DNA of 64,000 nt from Escherichia phage BYEP02, in sequence record OR757454.1; one strand, 5' to 3'. This document shows, one piece after another, positions 46,426 through 57,725 of the stretch. A program made the position numbers and the translations under genes. The notes under the pieces were generated by a model. That model was not told the DNA's origin. It made no database searches and saw only the letters and a program-made list of their open reading frames with translations. Every line of letters begins with the position of its first letter. Within the stretch, counting starts at the first letter, position 1.

Positions 46426-46823
46426 TGGCAAATATTAATAAGCTTTATTCTGATATTGACCCGGAAATGAAAATGGATTGGAACAAAGATGTTTCCAGAT
46501 CACTTGGATTAAGGTCAATTAAAAACAGTCTTTTGGGAATTATTACAACAAGAAAAGGTTCAAGACCGTTTGACCCTGAATTTGGATGTGATTTGTCCGA
46601 CCAGCTTTTTGAAAATATGACTCCTCTTACTGCTGACACAGTTGAGCGCAATATCGAAAGCGCAGTAAGAAACTATGAGCCACGTATTGATAAATTATCA
46701 GTTAATGTAATACCAGTTTATGATGATTATACTCTGATAGTAGAAATACGCTTTTCGGTCATCGATAACCCCGATGATATTGAGCAGATAAAACTGCAAC
46801 TGGCTTCCAGTAATAGAGTATAA
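46425..46823 (+). CDS. 25: gp25 baseplate wedge protein
   Basis: 132 aa [29 protein letters not shown]... Confidence 0.85.
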   Translation: MANINKLYSDIDPEMKMDWNKDVSRSLGLRSIKNSLLGIITTRKGSRPFDPEFGCDLSDQLFENMTPLTADTVERNIESAVRNYEPRIDKLSVNVIPVYDDYTLIVEIRFSVIDNPDDIEQIKLQLASSNRV

Positions 46824-46889
46824 TGCTTCACGTTAAAACGTGGTATAATGAATCTAAGTCCATCCAATAACAATTGAATAGAGAACAAT

Positions 46890-47303
46890 ATGAGATTAGA
46901 AGATCTTCAAGAAGAATTGAAGAAAGATGTGTTTATAGATTCGACTAAATTGCAGTATGAAGCAGCTAATAATGTGATGTTATATAGTAAATGGCTTAAT
47001 AAGCATTCAAGTATTAAAAAGGAAATGCTTAGAATTGATGCACAGAAAAAAGTTGCTCTTAAAGCTAAATTAGACTACTACTCGGGACGAGGAGATGGTG
47101 ATGAATTTAGTATGGATCGTTACGAGAAATCAGAAATGAAGACAGTTCTATCAGCTGATAAGGATGTTTTAAAGGTTGATACCTCGCTGCAGTATTGGGG
47201 GATTTTATTGGATTTCTGTAGCGGAGCTCTTGATGCTATCAAATCACGTGGATTTGCTATTAAGCATATTCAAGACATGCGGGCATTTGAGGCTGGAAAA
47301 TAA
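46890..47303 (+). CDS. uvsY: UvsY recombination mediator
   Basis: 137 aa MRLEDLQEELKKDVFIDSTKLQYEAANNV... Confidence 0.9.
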   Translation: MRLEDLQEELKKDVFIDSTKLQYEAANNVMLYSKWLNKHSSIKKEMLRIDAQKKVALKAKLDYYSGRGDGDEFSMDRYEKSEMKTVLSADKDVLKVDTSLQYWGILLDFCSGALDAIKSRGFAIKHIQDMRAFEAGK

Positions 47304-47527
47304 TGAGATATAGCATTGATGATGCTTTTAATTATGAAGAAGAATTTGAAACGGAAATTCAATTCTTAATGAAAAAGCATAATCTTAAGCGTCAGGATAT
47401 TCGTATCCTGGCCGATCACCCGTGTGGTGAAGATGTCCTTTATATTAAAGGAAAATTTGCCGGATATCTTGATGAATATTTTTATTCTAAAGATATGGGC
47501 ATTGATATGCATATGAGAGTTGTATAA
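47303..47527 (+). CDS. hypothetical small protein (74 aa)
   Basis: ORF track; 3' end and downstream late promoter lie inside duplicated unit 47462-47615. Confidence 0.45.
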   Translation: MRYSIDDAFNYEEEFETEIQFLMKKHNLKRQDIRILADHPCGEDVLYIKGKFAGYLDEYFYSKDMGIDMHMRVV

Positions 47528-47615
47528 ATAGATATATAGGATATCTTGATGAATATTTTTATTCTAAAGATATGGGCATTGATATGCATATGAGAGTTGT
47601 ATAAATAGATATATA
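47462..47615. repeat. 77-bp direct tandem duplication spanning small ORF 3' end and a TATAAATA late-promoter motif
   Basis: copies 47462-47538 and 47539-47615; identical. Confidence 0.9.
47523..47530 (+). promoter_or_regulatory. late promoter motif TATAAATA (duplicated copy at 47600-47607)
   Basis: upstream of ORF 47633. Confidence 0.4.
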
Positions 47616-47632
47616 ATTCAGAGGAGACAATC

Positions 47633-47800
47633 ATGTCAGATAAGATTTGTGTTGTCTGTAAAACTCCAATCGATTCTGCATTGGTTGTTGAAACAGACAA
47701 AGGTCCTGTACATCCTGGGCCTTGCTATAATTACATTAAAGAACTACCAGTTTCAGAAAGTTCGGAAGAACAATTAAATGAAACACAACTTTTGCTATAG
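47633..47800 (+). CDS. hypothetical small Cys-containing protein (55 aa)
   Basis: MSDKICVVCKTPIDS...GPCYNY...; CxxC plus distal Cys; preceded by TATAAATA. Confidence 0.4.
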   Translation: MSDKICVVCKTPIDSALVVETDKGPVHPGPCYNYIKELPVSESSEEQLNETQLLL

Positions 47801-47823
47801 TGTGACCTTTAGTCTATAGTTTT

Positions 47824-47852
47824 GGCCCTTCCTTTTTGGTTGGGCCTTTTTT
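47824..47852. terminator. bidirectional terminator between convergent ORFs
   Basis: GGCCC-loop-GGGCC followed by TTTTTT. Confidence 0.45.
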
Positions 47853-47855
47853 AAT

Positions 47856-48163
47856 TTAAAAGCTTTCTTCTACTTCATCGTCTGAATCTTCTAATTCAGC
47901 TCTTTTTCCTGCCAAAGCATCTCTCACAGAGATGTCATCAGTATCTTTTAATTCAGTTTCTTTGACTCTTTTCTTGTAATAAGCTTCAAGTTCTTCTAAA
48001 CCTTCTAATGTTTGACAAGAGGCAATTTTACCCATAAATTCATCAATAGAAGCTTCATAAAGAAATTGTTTAAATTACCTTCTAATGTTTGACAAGAGGC
48101 AATTTTACCCATAAATTCATCAATAGAAGCTTCATAAAGAAATTGTTTAAATCCTAGTAACAT
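47856..48163 (-). CDS. UvsW.1-like small protein, frame broken by 77-bp duplication (48000-48153)
   Basis: MLLGFKQFLYEASIDEFMGKIASCQTLEGL...; 76 aa after removing one repeat copy. Confidence 0.5.
48000..48153. repeat. 77-bp direct tandem duplication inside uvsW.1-like ORF
   Basis: copies 48000-48076 and 48077-48153; 1 mismatch. Confidence 0.9.
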
Positions 48164-48188
48164 CTTTTTCTCCAAAGGGCCGAAGCCC

Positions 48189-49854
48189 TTATAAATTAAC
48201 TGTTTTCATTACGTAATTAAATTTTTCATCTGCGTAGCGCTGAATACGATCAATGCCGTGTTTTAAAAGATAGTTCAAATGAACATATTTCTTTTTCGTA
48301 TTAGCAGATTTTGGCTTAACACCACAATCATCTATGAGGTCCCAGACTGTTGCGACTGTTTTAGAACCATGCTTACGTAATACACGACCGATTGTTTGTA
48401 ATACAATGATTTTTGATTTAACGCCGTGCGCTATGTCTTAGAACCATGCTTACGTAATACACGACCGATTGTTTGTAATACAATGATTTTTGATTTAACA
48501 CCGTGCGCTAAAACAACATGATGCAGATTTTTAACTGAAATACCAGTAGAAAATACACCATAACTCGCTACTATAATTATTCCTTTACCATTTTCAGCTA
48601 AGGTTTTCATTACGTTGCGGGTTTCGGTATCAACTTCCCCTGATACGTAATAAACTTTATCGTATTCATTTTTAATTAAATCGAAAATAGCTTTACCATG
48701 CGATACATGTTTAAACATGACAAAAGCGTTTTCATCTTTTTGTCATTTTTAATTAAATCGAAAATAGCTTTACCATGCGATACATGTTTAAACATGACAA
48801 AAGCGTTTTCATCTTTTTGTGCAAGCTTAATAGCTAATTTAGCGATCCATTTATTTCTTTTACTGAGCCCAGTAATAATTTTTATTTCTTCTTGGTAAGT
48901 TTTTCCCTTTAATTTAGTAGTGAACTCATCGGGATAGCGAAGAAAAATACTATTAATTTTTAACTCAGTTACTTGTCCATCTTCCATTAATTTAGAGGTC
49001 GTTACTGGCTTAAATATTTCACCAAACATTCCAACATACTGCATGATATTGGCTTTGCCGTCACGTAATGAACCAGACAAACCAAATTTAAACATGCAGT
49101 TATTTAAACCTGATATGATAGATGAAATACTTTTTCCTGTAGCAAGATGGCATTCATCATTCATCATCATTCCAAACTGTGAGAACCATTCTTTCGGTTG
49201 TTTAACTACAGTTTGCCATGTACCAACGACGACTGGTGCATCATTTTTATATTTATCATCTTTTGATGCTCCGCCACCAATTTTCTTTATCATTGCATGA
49301 CTGAATAAACGATAGTCAACAAAGTCATCAGCCATCTGAGTTGTCAGAGCAGTTGTTGGAACAATGATAAGAATTTTACCTTCATAATTTTCCAAATAAT
49401 ATCGCGCAAGCAAAGCTTGAATTAAAGATTTACCAGCAGATGTTGGAAGATTAAGAATTCTACGACGATTAACTAATCCTTCGAACACTGCATCTTTTTG
49501 ATACCAGTGCGGTTCAATTCTTTTATTTCCTGAATAGATTTCTAATTTAGAAAGCCATTCATCAAAATCTTTTCTTGATAATTCTTCTTTTTCGTTAATT
49601 TGTGGGTCAATCCAGGCTTTATAGCCAAAGTTATCACAGAACTTTTTAATTTGCCCGACTAAGCCGAATGGAAGAAGACGATTATAATCTAAAAGACGGA
49701 TTCGTCCATCCCAGTGGCCATATCTGTACTTCGGATTAAAACGATACCCATCAGCTTCAAAGCTAAAGAAATCACGGAGTTCATGAAATGTACTTTCTTC
49801 GCAATCAATTCTCACGTGACTAAAATCATAAAAATGTACTTTAATGTCAGTCAT
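48189..49854 (-). CDS. uvsW: UvsW DNA/RNA helicase, frame broken by two 77-bp duplications
   Basis: MTDIKVHFYDFSHVRIDCEESTFHEL...; 1666 nt minus 154 = 503 aa + stop. Confidence 0.85.
48361..48514. repeat. 77-bp direct tandem duplication inside uvsW (divergent copies)
   Basis: copies 48361-48437 and 48438-48514; about 4 mismatches. Confidence 0.85.
48666..48819. repeat. 77-bp direct tandem duplication inside uvsW
   Basis: copies 48666-48742 and 48743-48819; identical. Confidence 0.9.
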
Positions 49855-49883
49855 GTCTAAATACCATGTAATAAATATATCTA

Positions 49884-49891
49884 TATTTATA
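49884..49891 (-). promoter_or_regulatory. late promoter motif TATAAATA upstream of uvsW
   Basis: TATTTATA on plus strand 30 nt upstream of uvsW start. Confidence 0.4.
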
Positions 49892-49904
49892 CTGAGGAAA
49901 TATT

Positions 49905-50662
49905 ATGATAGATAAAGATTATATTGCAGAGCTGAAGGCTCTTGATGATAATAAAGAAGCTAAGGCTAAATTAGCTGAATATGCTGAACAGTTTGGTATA
50001 AAGGTCAAAAAGAATAAATCTTTTGATAATATCGTTATTGATATTGAAGAAGCCCTCCAGAAGCTCGCTAGTGAACCTATGCCAGAGACTGATGGGTTAT
50101 CTATTAAAGACTTAATTGATGCTGCTGATGCCGCAGAGGGATTAAAATATGACGATGAAGAAGTCAATCCAGAAGCAGCACTTCTGATTGATTCTCCGGT
50201 TAAATCTGACATTAAAATTGAAGTAGTAGAAATGGATAAAATTCCCGAAAATACCGATGTTTTGATTGAAGATACTCCTTTTGTTGAAGAAAAATTTGAA
50301 CAGGCTGTAGCTGAGATTATTGAATCTGAAAAGCCGTCTGTATTTACTCTTCCGGAAAACTTTAGTCCGAATCTTCAGCTGATTGGAAAAAATCCAGGAT
50401 TCTGCACTGTTCCTTGGTGGATTTATCAATGGATAGCTGAAACTCCGGATTGGAAATCTCACCCAACTAGTTTTGAACATGCACTGTTCCTTGGTGGATT
50501 TATCAATGGATAGCTGAAACTCCGGATTGGAAATCTCACCCAACAAGTTTTGAGCATGCGTCAGCACACCAAACTTTATTTAGCTTAATTTATTACATTA
50601 ACCGTGACGGATCAGTTTTAATTCGTGAAACACGCAATTCTTCTTTCGTAACATTAAAATAA
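49905..50662 (+). CDS. inh: Inh, inhibitor of prohead protease, frame broken by 77-bp duplication (50403-50556)
   Basis: after removing one copy frame ends at TAA 50660-50662 = 226 aa. Confidence 0.7.
50403..50556. repeat. 77-bp direct tandem duplication inside inh
   Basis: copies 50403-50479 and 50480-50556; 2 mismatches. Confidence 0.9.
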
Positions 50663-50671
50663 GGATAACTT

Positions 50672-52167
50672 ATGACTTTTACAGTTGATATAACTCCTAA
50701 AACACCTACTGGAGTTATAGATGAGACTAAGCAGTTTACTGCTACGCCCAGTGGTCAAACTGGAGATGGACCTATTACCTATGCTTGGACTGTTGATGAT
50801 GCACCGCAGGAAGAAACGTCTGCAACTTTTAGTTATGTACTAAAAGGTCCTGCTGGACAAAAGACTATTAAGGTAGTTGCAACAAATCCAGTTCCTGATT
50901 CTGAAGCTGAAACAGCTGAAATTAGTACAACTATCACAGTTCAAAATAAGACACAAACAACTACTTTAGCTGTAACTCCTGGTAGCCCTGATGCTGGAGT
51001 GATTGGAACTCCAATTGAATTTACCGCTGCCTTAGCTTCACAGCCATCAGGTGCAAACGCTACATATCAATGGTACGTTGACGGTTCTCCTGTGGGCGAA
51101 GCAACTGGCACTACATTCAATTACACTCCTGACGCAAGCGGAGTTAAAACAATTAAGTGTGTAGCTCAAGTAACCGCGACAGATTATGATGCAAAGGAAG
51201 TTACTTCTAATGAAGTGTCACTGACTGTTAATAAGAAAACACAGACAACTACGTTAGCCGTAACTCCTGCTAATCCTCCAGCAGGAGTTATTGGAACCCC
51301 AGTTCAATTTACTGCTACCTTGGCTTCACAGCCACCAGGAGCGTCTGCTACGTATCAGTGGTATGTTGACGGTTCTCTGGTCGATGGAGAAACTACTACT
51401 ACATTTAACTATACTCCTACCACAGTTGGAGCTAAAACAGTTAAGTGTGTAGCGCAAGTAACTGCAGAAAATTACAATGAAAAGGAAGTTACTTCTAATG
51501 AAGTATCATTGACTGTTAATAAGAAAACAATGAATCCACGGGTTACATTGACTCCTCCTTCTATTAACGTTCAGCAAGATGCTTCGGCTACATTTACTGC
51601 TAATGTTACGGATGCTCCAGAAGAAGCACAAATCGAATATTCATGGAAGAAAGATTCTTCTCCAGTAGAAGGGTCAACTAATGTATACACTGTTGATACA
51701 TCATCTATTGGAAGTCAAACTATTGAAGTTACTGCAACTATTACTGCAACTGATTACGATAGCAAAACTATTACAGCAGAAGGTCAAGTTCAGGTAACTG
51801 ATAAAGTTGCTCCGGAACCAGAAGGTGAATTACCTTATGTTCATCCTCTTCCACATCGCACTTCAGCTTATATCTTGATAAAGTTGCTCCAGAACCAGAA
51901 GGTGAATTGCCTTATGTTCATCCTCTTCCACATCGCACTTCAGCTTACATCTGGTGCGGTTGGTGGGTTATGGATGAAATCCAAAAAATGACCGAAGAAG
52001 GTAAAGATTGGAAAACTGAAGATCCAGATAGTAAGTACTACTTGCATCGTTACACTCTTCAGAAGATGATGAAAGACTATCCAGAAGTTGATGTCCAAGA
52101 ATCGCGTAATGGATACATCATTCATAAAACTGCTTTAGAAACTGGTATCATCTATACCTATCCATAA
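50672..52167 (+). CDS. hoc: Hoc outer capsid decoration protein with four tandem Ig-like domains, frame broken by 77-bp duplication (51799-51952)
   Basis: MTFTVDITPKTPTGVIDETKQFTATPSG...; ORF pieces 50672..51991 and 51907..52167 join to 472 aa after removing one repeat copy. Confidence 0.85.
50946..51527 (+). repeat. intragenic tandem repeat of about 290 bp encoding Ig-like domains 2 and 3 of Hoc
   Basis: two in-frame units starting near 50946 and 51231, roughly 85 percent identical by eye (TQTTTLAVTPGSPDAGVIGTP... vs TQTTTLAVTPANPPAGVIGTP...). Confidence 0.7.
51799..51952. repeat. 77-bp direct tandem duplication inside hoc
   Basis: copies 51799-51875 and 51876-51952; 3 mismatches. Confidence 0.9.
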
Positions 52168-52171
52168 TCAT

Positions 52172-52200
52172 AAGGGGCTTCGGCCCCTTTCTTCATTTTG
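52172..52200 (+). terminator. rho-independent terminator after hoc
   Basis: AAGGGGCTTCGGCCCCTT followed by T-rich tract. Confidence 0.5.
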
Positions 52201-52256
52201 AAAGCACACAAAACACAATCAGAAAATGATGTATATAATGGCACCAACTCGATAAC

Positions 52257-52472
52257 ATGAGATTGATTATGAGAACTGAGGTTGTGGTGTTTACTCTTCA
52301 TGAGTCTGGAAAGTCATTCATTGAAATTGCTCGTGAATTAAACTTACAGGCAAAAGAAGTGGCTGTATTATGGGCTCGAGCTATGACTGCTAAGAATAAA
52401 TTTGAAACTCGAGAAAAAGTTGTCTATAGAAAAAGACATATTAATAAAAAGGTGAAAAATGGAACAGTATGA
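52257..52472 (+). CDS. hypothetical protein (71 aa)
   Basis: ORF track. Confidence 0.35.
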   Translation: MRLIMRTEVVVFTLHESGKSFIEIARELNLQAKEVAVLWARAMTAKNKFETREKVVYRKRHINKKVKNGTV

Positions 52473-52737
52473 TCTTTATGAAAATGAATCTTTTGCTAAT
52501 CAATTACGCGAAAAAGCATTCAAAAGTAAACAGTTTAAGCTAGAGTGTTTTATTAAAGATTTTTCGGAACTTGCTAATAAAGCAGCTGAACAAGGTAAAA
52601 CACATTTTAATTATTATTGTATTGCTCGTGATAAATTGATTACTGAAGAAATTGGTGATTGGCTGAGAAAAGAAGGATTCAGCTTTAAAGTCAATAGTGA
52701 TCAGCGTGATGGTGATTGGTTAGAAATTACATTTTGA
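52459..52737 (+). CDS. hypothetical protein (92 aa)
   Basis: ORF track. Confidence 0.4.
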   Translation: MEQYDLYENESFANQLREKAFKSKQFKLECFIKDFSELANKAAEQGKTHFNYYCIARDKLITEEIGDWLRKEGFSFKVNSDQRDGDWLEITF

Positions 52738-52746
52738 GGATTAATT

Positions 52747-53828
52747 ATGTTTAAAAAGTATAGCAGTCTTGAAAATCATTACAATTCTAAATTCATTGAA
52801 AAACTTTATAGTTTAGGATTGACTGGCGGCGAATGGGTAGCTCGTGAAAAGATTCATGGTACAAATTTCTCGTTGATTATTGAGCGCGATAAAGCAACTT
52901 GTGCTAAACGTACTGGACCGATTCTTCCTGCTGAAGATTTCTTTGGGTATTGATTATTGAGCGTGATAAAGTAACTTGCGCTAAACGTACTGGACCAATT
53001 CTTCCTGCTGAAGATTTCTTCGGTTATGAAATTATTTTAAAGAATTACGAAGATTCTATTAAAGCTGTCCAAGAAATTATGGAAACTTCAGCTGTTGTGA
53101 CTTATCAAGTTTTTGGCGAATTCGCTGGACCTGGCATTCAGAAGAATGTCGATTATGGCGATAAAGATTTTTATGTATTTGACATTATTGTTACTACCGA
53201 AAGTGGTGATGTAACTTATGTTGATGATTACATGATGGAATCGTTTTGTAATTCATTTGGGTTTAAAATCGCTCCACTTTTGGGTCGTGGTAAATTTGAA
53301 GATCTTATTAAACTTCCAAATGATTTGGATTCTGTTGTTCCGTCTTATAATTTTACCGTAGATAATGCAGGTTTAATTGACGCTAACAAATGTGTTTGGA
53401 AAGCTGAAGCCAAAGGCGAAGTATTTACCGCTGAAGGATATGTATTGAAACCTTGTTATCCTTCTTGGCTGCCTAATCGCAATCGTGTAGCCATCAAATG
53501 CAAGAATTCTAAATTTAGTGAAAAGAAAAAGTCTGATAAGCCTATTAAAGCTAAAGTTGAACTGTCAGAAGCTGATAACAAATTGGTGGGGATTTTAGCT
53601 TGTTACGTTACACTAAACCGAGTAAATAACGTTATTTCTAAAATTGGCGAAATTGGTCCAAAAGATTTTGGAAAGGTGATGGGACTAACTGTTCAAGATA
53701 TTTTGGAAGAAACTTCTCGTGAAGGTATTACTCTAACTCAAGCGGATAATCCTTCTTTGATTAAAAAGGAATTAGTTAAAATGGTACAAGATGTACTTCG
53801 TCCGGCTTGGATTGAATTGGTAAGTTAA
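52747..53828 (+). CDS. rnlB: RNA ligase 2, frame broken by 77-bp duplication (52873-53026)
   Basis: [42 protein letters not shown]... KxHGxN motif; 334 aa after removing one repeat copy. Confidence 0.9.
52873..53026. repeat. 77-bp direct tandem duplication inside rnlB (most divergent pair)
   Basis: copies 52873-52949 and 52950-53026; about 6 mismatches. Confidence 0.9.
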
Positions 53829-53832
53829 ATAA

Positions 53833-53854
53833 AAAGGGACCGAAAGGTCCCTTT
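53833..53854. terminator. bidirectional terminator between rnlB and gene 24
   Basis: GGGACCGAAAGGTCCC flanked by A-run and T-run. Confidence 0.5.
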
Positions 53855-53857
53855 GTT

Positions 53858-55218
53858 TTATTCATCAATGATAATTTTTGGTAGCTTAACACCTAATAAA
53901 ACAGACAAATCTGAACGACCCGCCATTTTATCCATGTCTCCACCATCAATTACTCTTGCTTCTTTTTCATCTTTTGCTACGGTGTAAGGATTTGCTGATA
54001 AAGCATATCTAACTAATAAACCGATAGATGGCTGCAAACTTTCTGGGTCAACTACAACTTTAAATGCACCTACATGTTCAGGGTCATCTAAGTCAAGACC
54101 TTCTGTATACGGAGCATAGAAAATTGATCCAACAATTTCTTTTTCACCGATATTTTCTACTACGCCAACGATTACATAATCTAATGGGCTGTTAGTATCG
54201 CAATAAAGCGGTAAACCATTAGCTAAGAACCCGTAGGCATTTTGTGAAAGATATTTGTCATCTTCTGGTTTATGTTTTAACCAACCTGATGCAGCAAGAA
54301 TCGCAGCGGCACGAGCTTTTGTGAAAGATATTTGTCATCTTCTGGTTTATGTTTTAACCAACCTGATGCAGCAAGAATCGCAGCGGCACGAGCTGAAGCA
54401 ACACAGAACGTTGCCGTATAAGTTGATTCTTTTTGGATATGCGAAACCATTTCACATACCATTCGGTATAATGAACGACCAGCTTCAGGAGCAGATGCAT
54501 AACTCAAATCGATGAATCCAGTATCAGTAATTCCTGTAACTTTATAGCGTTTTGACACTGTAATCAAAGACTGCAGAATGTCTTTATTGATTTCATCTGC
54601 CATTTCAGTTGCAAGCAAATCTTCCAAGAAATTAGGAGCATCGAATCCATTTGCTTCTAAATCTTGTGCTAATTCAACTGTGATGCCAGTTTTAAGTTTA
54701 CGAGATTTAACTGCGGTTTGCCATTTATTAATCTGGAATCTAGCATCCGCAATTTCACTATCAGAGCTTTCAAATTTGCTTGTTGACGCTGCATCAGAAA
54801 ATAGACGAACCTTTAAAAGAACAATTGCAATCTGAAGAGCTAACTCTAAGTCGCTTTCTTCAATATCAGCAAATGGTGTATCTTCTAATACTTTATAAAC
54901 GATATTATTATATTTGAATAAATCGCCTTTATTGAGAGTTAATTTAGACTCTTCTGTTAATTCTGTGATTTGTTCTCGGTCTACATATCCAGCTTCGCCA
55001 GCGTAAGTAGCACCCGTTTTAAACGTAAATTCGTTATCTGGGTTAAGGTATTTGATACCATAAAAAGCAGCAACAGGTTGATTAGTTCTTTGCGTTGCTA
55101 CAATGTCAGAATATATTAATTTAGTGGTAGCGCGAGTCAAAGCAACGAGATTTGGGCGACCGATTGAGTTGCTATTCGTTGTGGTTGATTCGCGCAGAAG
55201 TTCGTTGATTTTAGCCAT
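53858..55218 (-). CDS. 24: gp24 capsid vertex protein, frame broken by 77-bp duplication (54240-54393)
   Basis: MAKINELLRESTTTNSNSIGRPNL...; 427 aa after removing one repeat copy. Confidence 0.85.
54240..54393. repeat. 77-bp direct tandem duplication inside gene 24
   Basis: copies 54240-54316 and 54317-54393; identical. Confidence 0.9.
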
Positions 55219-55244
55219 TGCGCTTTCCTTTTGGTTTATATGAT

Positions 55245-55252
55245 TTATTTAT
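55245..55252 (-). promoter_or_regulatory. late promoter motif TATAAATA upstream of gene 24
   Basis: TATTTATA on plus strand 27 nt upstream of gene 24 start. Confidence 0.45.
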
Positions 55253-55269
55253 ACCATAAAAACAACTAA

Positions 55270-55288
55270 AGGGACCCGAAGGTCCCTT
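55270..55288 (-). terminator. terminator hairpin after gene 23
   Basis: AGGGACCCGAAGGTCCCT followed on minus strand by T-rich tract. Confidence 0.5.
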
Positions 55289-55301
55289 AAATCGTCAAAG
55301 A

Positions 55302-56867
55302 TTAGATACCTTTAACATATACACGGCGGAAGTAAGCGTTTTTACCAAGGCTATTCAGAATAGAAGGCATACCGCTCTGGATGCGAGAAGCCGGAGCCTG
55401 AGCAGCGGATTCTGCAAATGGGTTGATACCGATACCGTAACGAGTTTTGAATCCCATTACTGGTTGGAAGTTCTTCGGATCGGAACCACGCAGCGGAGTC
55501 AGAGCTACATATGGAGCATAGTAAATACCAGCATCCATTTCGTTCGGACCTTTATAACCTACAGTGAAATAATCCTGTTTAGCATACTGGTCGATATATA
55601 CACGGTATTTACCACCCAGAACACCAGCAAATACTGACTTGGTAGTATCAGTGTTAAAGCCAGTAGCCAGACCCTGTGCAGCATAAGAAATGCCAGTATC
55701 AACTGAAGCCAGAACGTTAACTACGTTACGGGAAGCGATAATGAAGTTACCTTCGCCGCGACCAGTCTGACGAGCAATTTCAACTGCTTCTTTGTCAATC
55801 TGGAACAACAGAGCTTTAAAGGATTCACCCGCCCAGCGAGCACCACGAATATCAATCGGATCCTGGAAGTCAAATACACCAGCTTTAGAACCCGGAGTCA
55901 GGGTCATACCAGATTTACCAACCTGAGCCGAGTAGTTAATCCAATCAACAACTTCACGGTTAATTTCCAGCATGATTTCGGTAGCCAGAATACCAGACAG
56001 TTCAGCATCAGCATCCATACCGTGAACAGCGCGGAGGTCTTGTGCTAATTCGATAGAGTAAGCAGCTTTCAGCTGGCGAGATTTAGCTTCGATAACTTGT
56101 TTATCGATACGGAAGCCCATTTCATTCCATGGGTTATCGGTAGAACCGTTGAAACTTTCCTGAAGTTCAGCGATAGAAGTAGCCATACCTTCAGCGATTT
56201 CTACCAGTACACCAGCTTCCATTTGTTTCTTAATTTCAGCATCTAATTTAGCTGCGTCAGTTGCACTAGTATCAATTTGCTTAACTTCTGTAGCTTGCAG
56301 ATACACAGTACCAGTGTCCTGGAAGAAGTGGGTGTAAATAGTTCCAACTTCAAGAGTATCACTTGCTTTCAAAGCAGCGAATTTCTTAGCAGCACCCTGA
56401 CCAGAGAACATTGCATCTGGACCATACATTGGGTGGAATGCTTCTTTAGCGCCGGAAGCGATTGGGTCTTTACCATATACTGCACGCAGTGCGAATATCT
56501 GGCCAGTCGGGCTGTTCATCGGCTGAACACCACAAATATCGAAAGCAATCAGGTTAGGAATAGCACGACGTACCATACCCATAACAGCTGGGCCAATCTG
56601 AGTTACTGCGCCAGAAGTCTGACCTGCAGCGATGTTGGTAGCATTGTAACCGTGGTCACCACCGATTTCAGCTTCTGTTAAGAAAGAACCGAATGCCTGA
56701 GCAATTTTTTCGTCTTTATATTCCGGAGCTGTCTGGAAATCTTTTTCCTGGTTTTCAAAGATTTTAGCGATAATCGCTTGTTTGCTATTAGCAATTTCCG
56801 GTAAACCTTCACCTTCCAGTAATGGCTTCCATTTGTTCAAAAGTTCAGCTTTAGTTTTGATAGTCAT
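55302..56867 (-). CDS. 23: gp23 major capsid protein
   Basis: 521 aa MTIKTKAELLNKWKPLLEGEGLPEIANSKQAIIAKIF... Confidence 0.95.
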   Translation of the reverse strand: MTIKTKAELLNKWKPLLEGEGLPEIANSKQAIIAKIFENQEKDFQTAPEYKDEKIAQAFGSFLTEAEIGGDHGYNATNIAAGQTSGAVTQIGPAVMGMVRRAIPNLIAFDICGVQPMNSPTGQIFALRAVYGKDPIASGAKEAFHPMYGPDAMFSGQGAAKKFAALKASDTLEVGTIYTHFFQDTGTVYLQATEVKQIDTSATDAAKLDAEIKKQMEAGVLVEIAEGMATSIAELQESFNGSTDNPWNEMGFRIDKQVIEAKSRQLKAAYSIELAQDLRAVHGMDADAELSGILATEIMLEINREVVDWINYSAQVGKSGMTLTPGSKAGVFDFQDPIDIRGARWAGESFKALLFQIDKEAVEIARQTGRGEGNFIIASRNVVNVLASVDTGISYAAQGLATGFNTDTTKSVFAGVLGGKYRVYIDQYAKQDYFTVGYKGPNEMDAGIYYAPYVALTPLRGSDPKNFQPVMGFKTRYGIGINPFAESAAQAPASRIQSGMPSILNSLGKNAYFRRVYVKGI

Positions 56868-56885
56868 TTGTGTTAACCTTTAAAA

Positions 56886-57695
56886 TTAGAAACGAGATGC
56901 GACTTTCGCATATACACTTACAATATCTTCTGCACCCTGTGCAGCTTTATCTTCTACAGCTTCAGTGACGAAATTCAGTCCGGCTGCTTCAGTATCAGGA
57001 GTATTTATACTCTCAGTAATAGTGCTTTCATCTTTATTAGATTTCTTCACCATTTCTACGATTGCACTCAATTTACTTGAGAATGCATCTGAATAATCCA
57101 TACCTTCGACCAGAGCAGAGACTTTTTCTTTTTGAGACTCAGTCAGATCTTTAGTACTTTCGCTCAATGCCACTTCACGCTGCACATAATTGATATATGC
57201 GTCACGCTTATTGAGTTCTTCGAACAGACGAGCTGATTCTTCTTTATGTTCTTGCAGCTCTTCTTCCATTTCAGCTACAATATCAACTGATTCTTCTGGA
57301 ACAACAACGTTGTGTTCAACAAAGAGCTCTTTTAATCCACCAAGCATGGATTCAAACAGTTCGGCTTTGATGCCTTTATCAACTGCTAATTTATTTTCAG
57401 CGAGCCATTCTTTTGCAAGATGGTCAATGAATTTAGAAGCTTGCTCAGCGATTTTCTTCTCAGCTTTTTCTTCGGCTTCTTCTTTATTTTTTTCTACTTC
57501 TTCTTCTGCTTTTTCAGCAATTTTAGCGATATGAGATTCAGCTAATTTAACGGCGTGCTGCTTGACGGTAGCTTCGAATACAGTGCCGAAAGTTTCTTTT
57601 GCTTCCGGAGAAATATTAACTGATTCGAAAATACTATCAAGAGCAACGGAAGCATCAATTTTTTGCGCTTCAGCAATCAGTTGTTCTTTAAGCAT
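56886..57695 (-). CDS. 22: gp22 prohead core scaffold protein
   Basis: 269 aa acidic, MLKEQLIAEAQKIDASVALDS... Confidence 0.85.
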   Translation of the reverse strand: MLKEQLIAEAQKIDASVALDSIFESVNISPEAKETFGTVFEATVKQHAVKLAESHIAKIAEKAEEEVEKNKEEAEEKAEKKIAEQASKFIDHLAKEWLAENKLAVDKGIKAELFESMLGGLKELFVEHNVVVPEESVDIVAEMEEELQEHKEESARLFEELNKRDAYINYVQREVALSESTKDLTESQKEKVSALVEGMDYSDAFSSKLSAIVEMVKKSNKDESTITESINTPDTEAAGLNFVTEAVEDKAAQGAEDIVSVYAKVASRF

Positions 57696-57725
57696 TTTGT
57701 AGTCCTGTTGTTTAGATAATAATAT

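Noticed and set aside
50946-51527. The Hoc internal repeat as another assembly artefact
   Set aside because: Unit length is about 290 bp, the copies are diverged and in frame, and they encode complete Ig-like domains.
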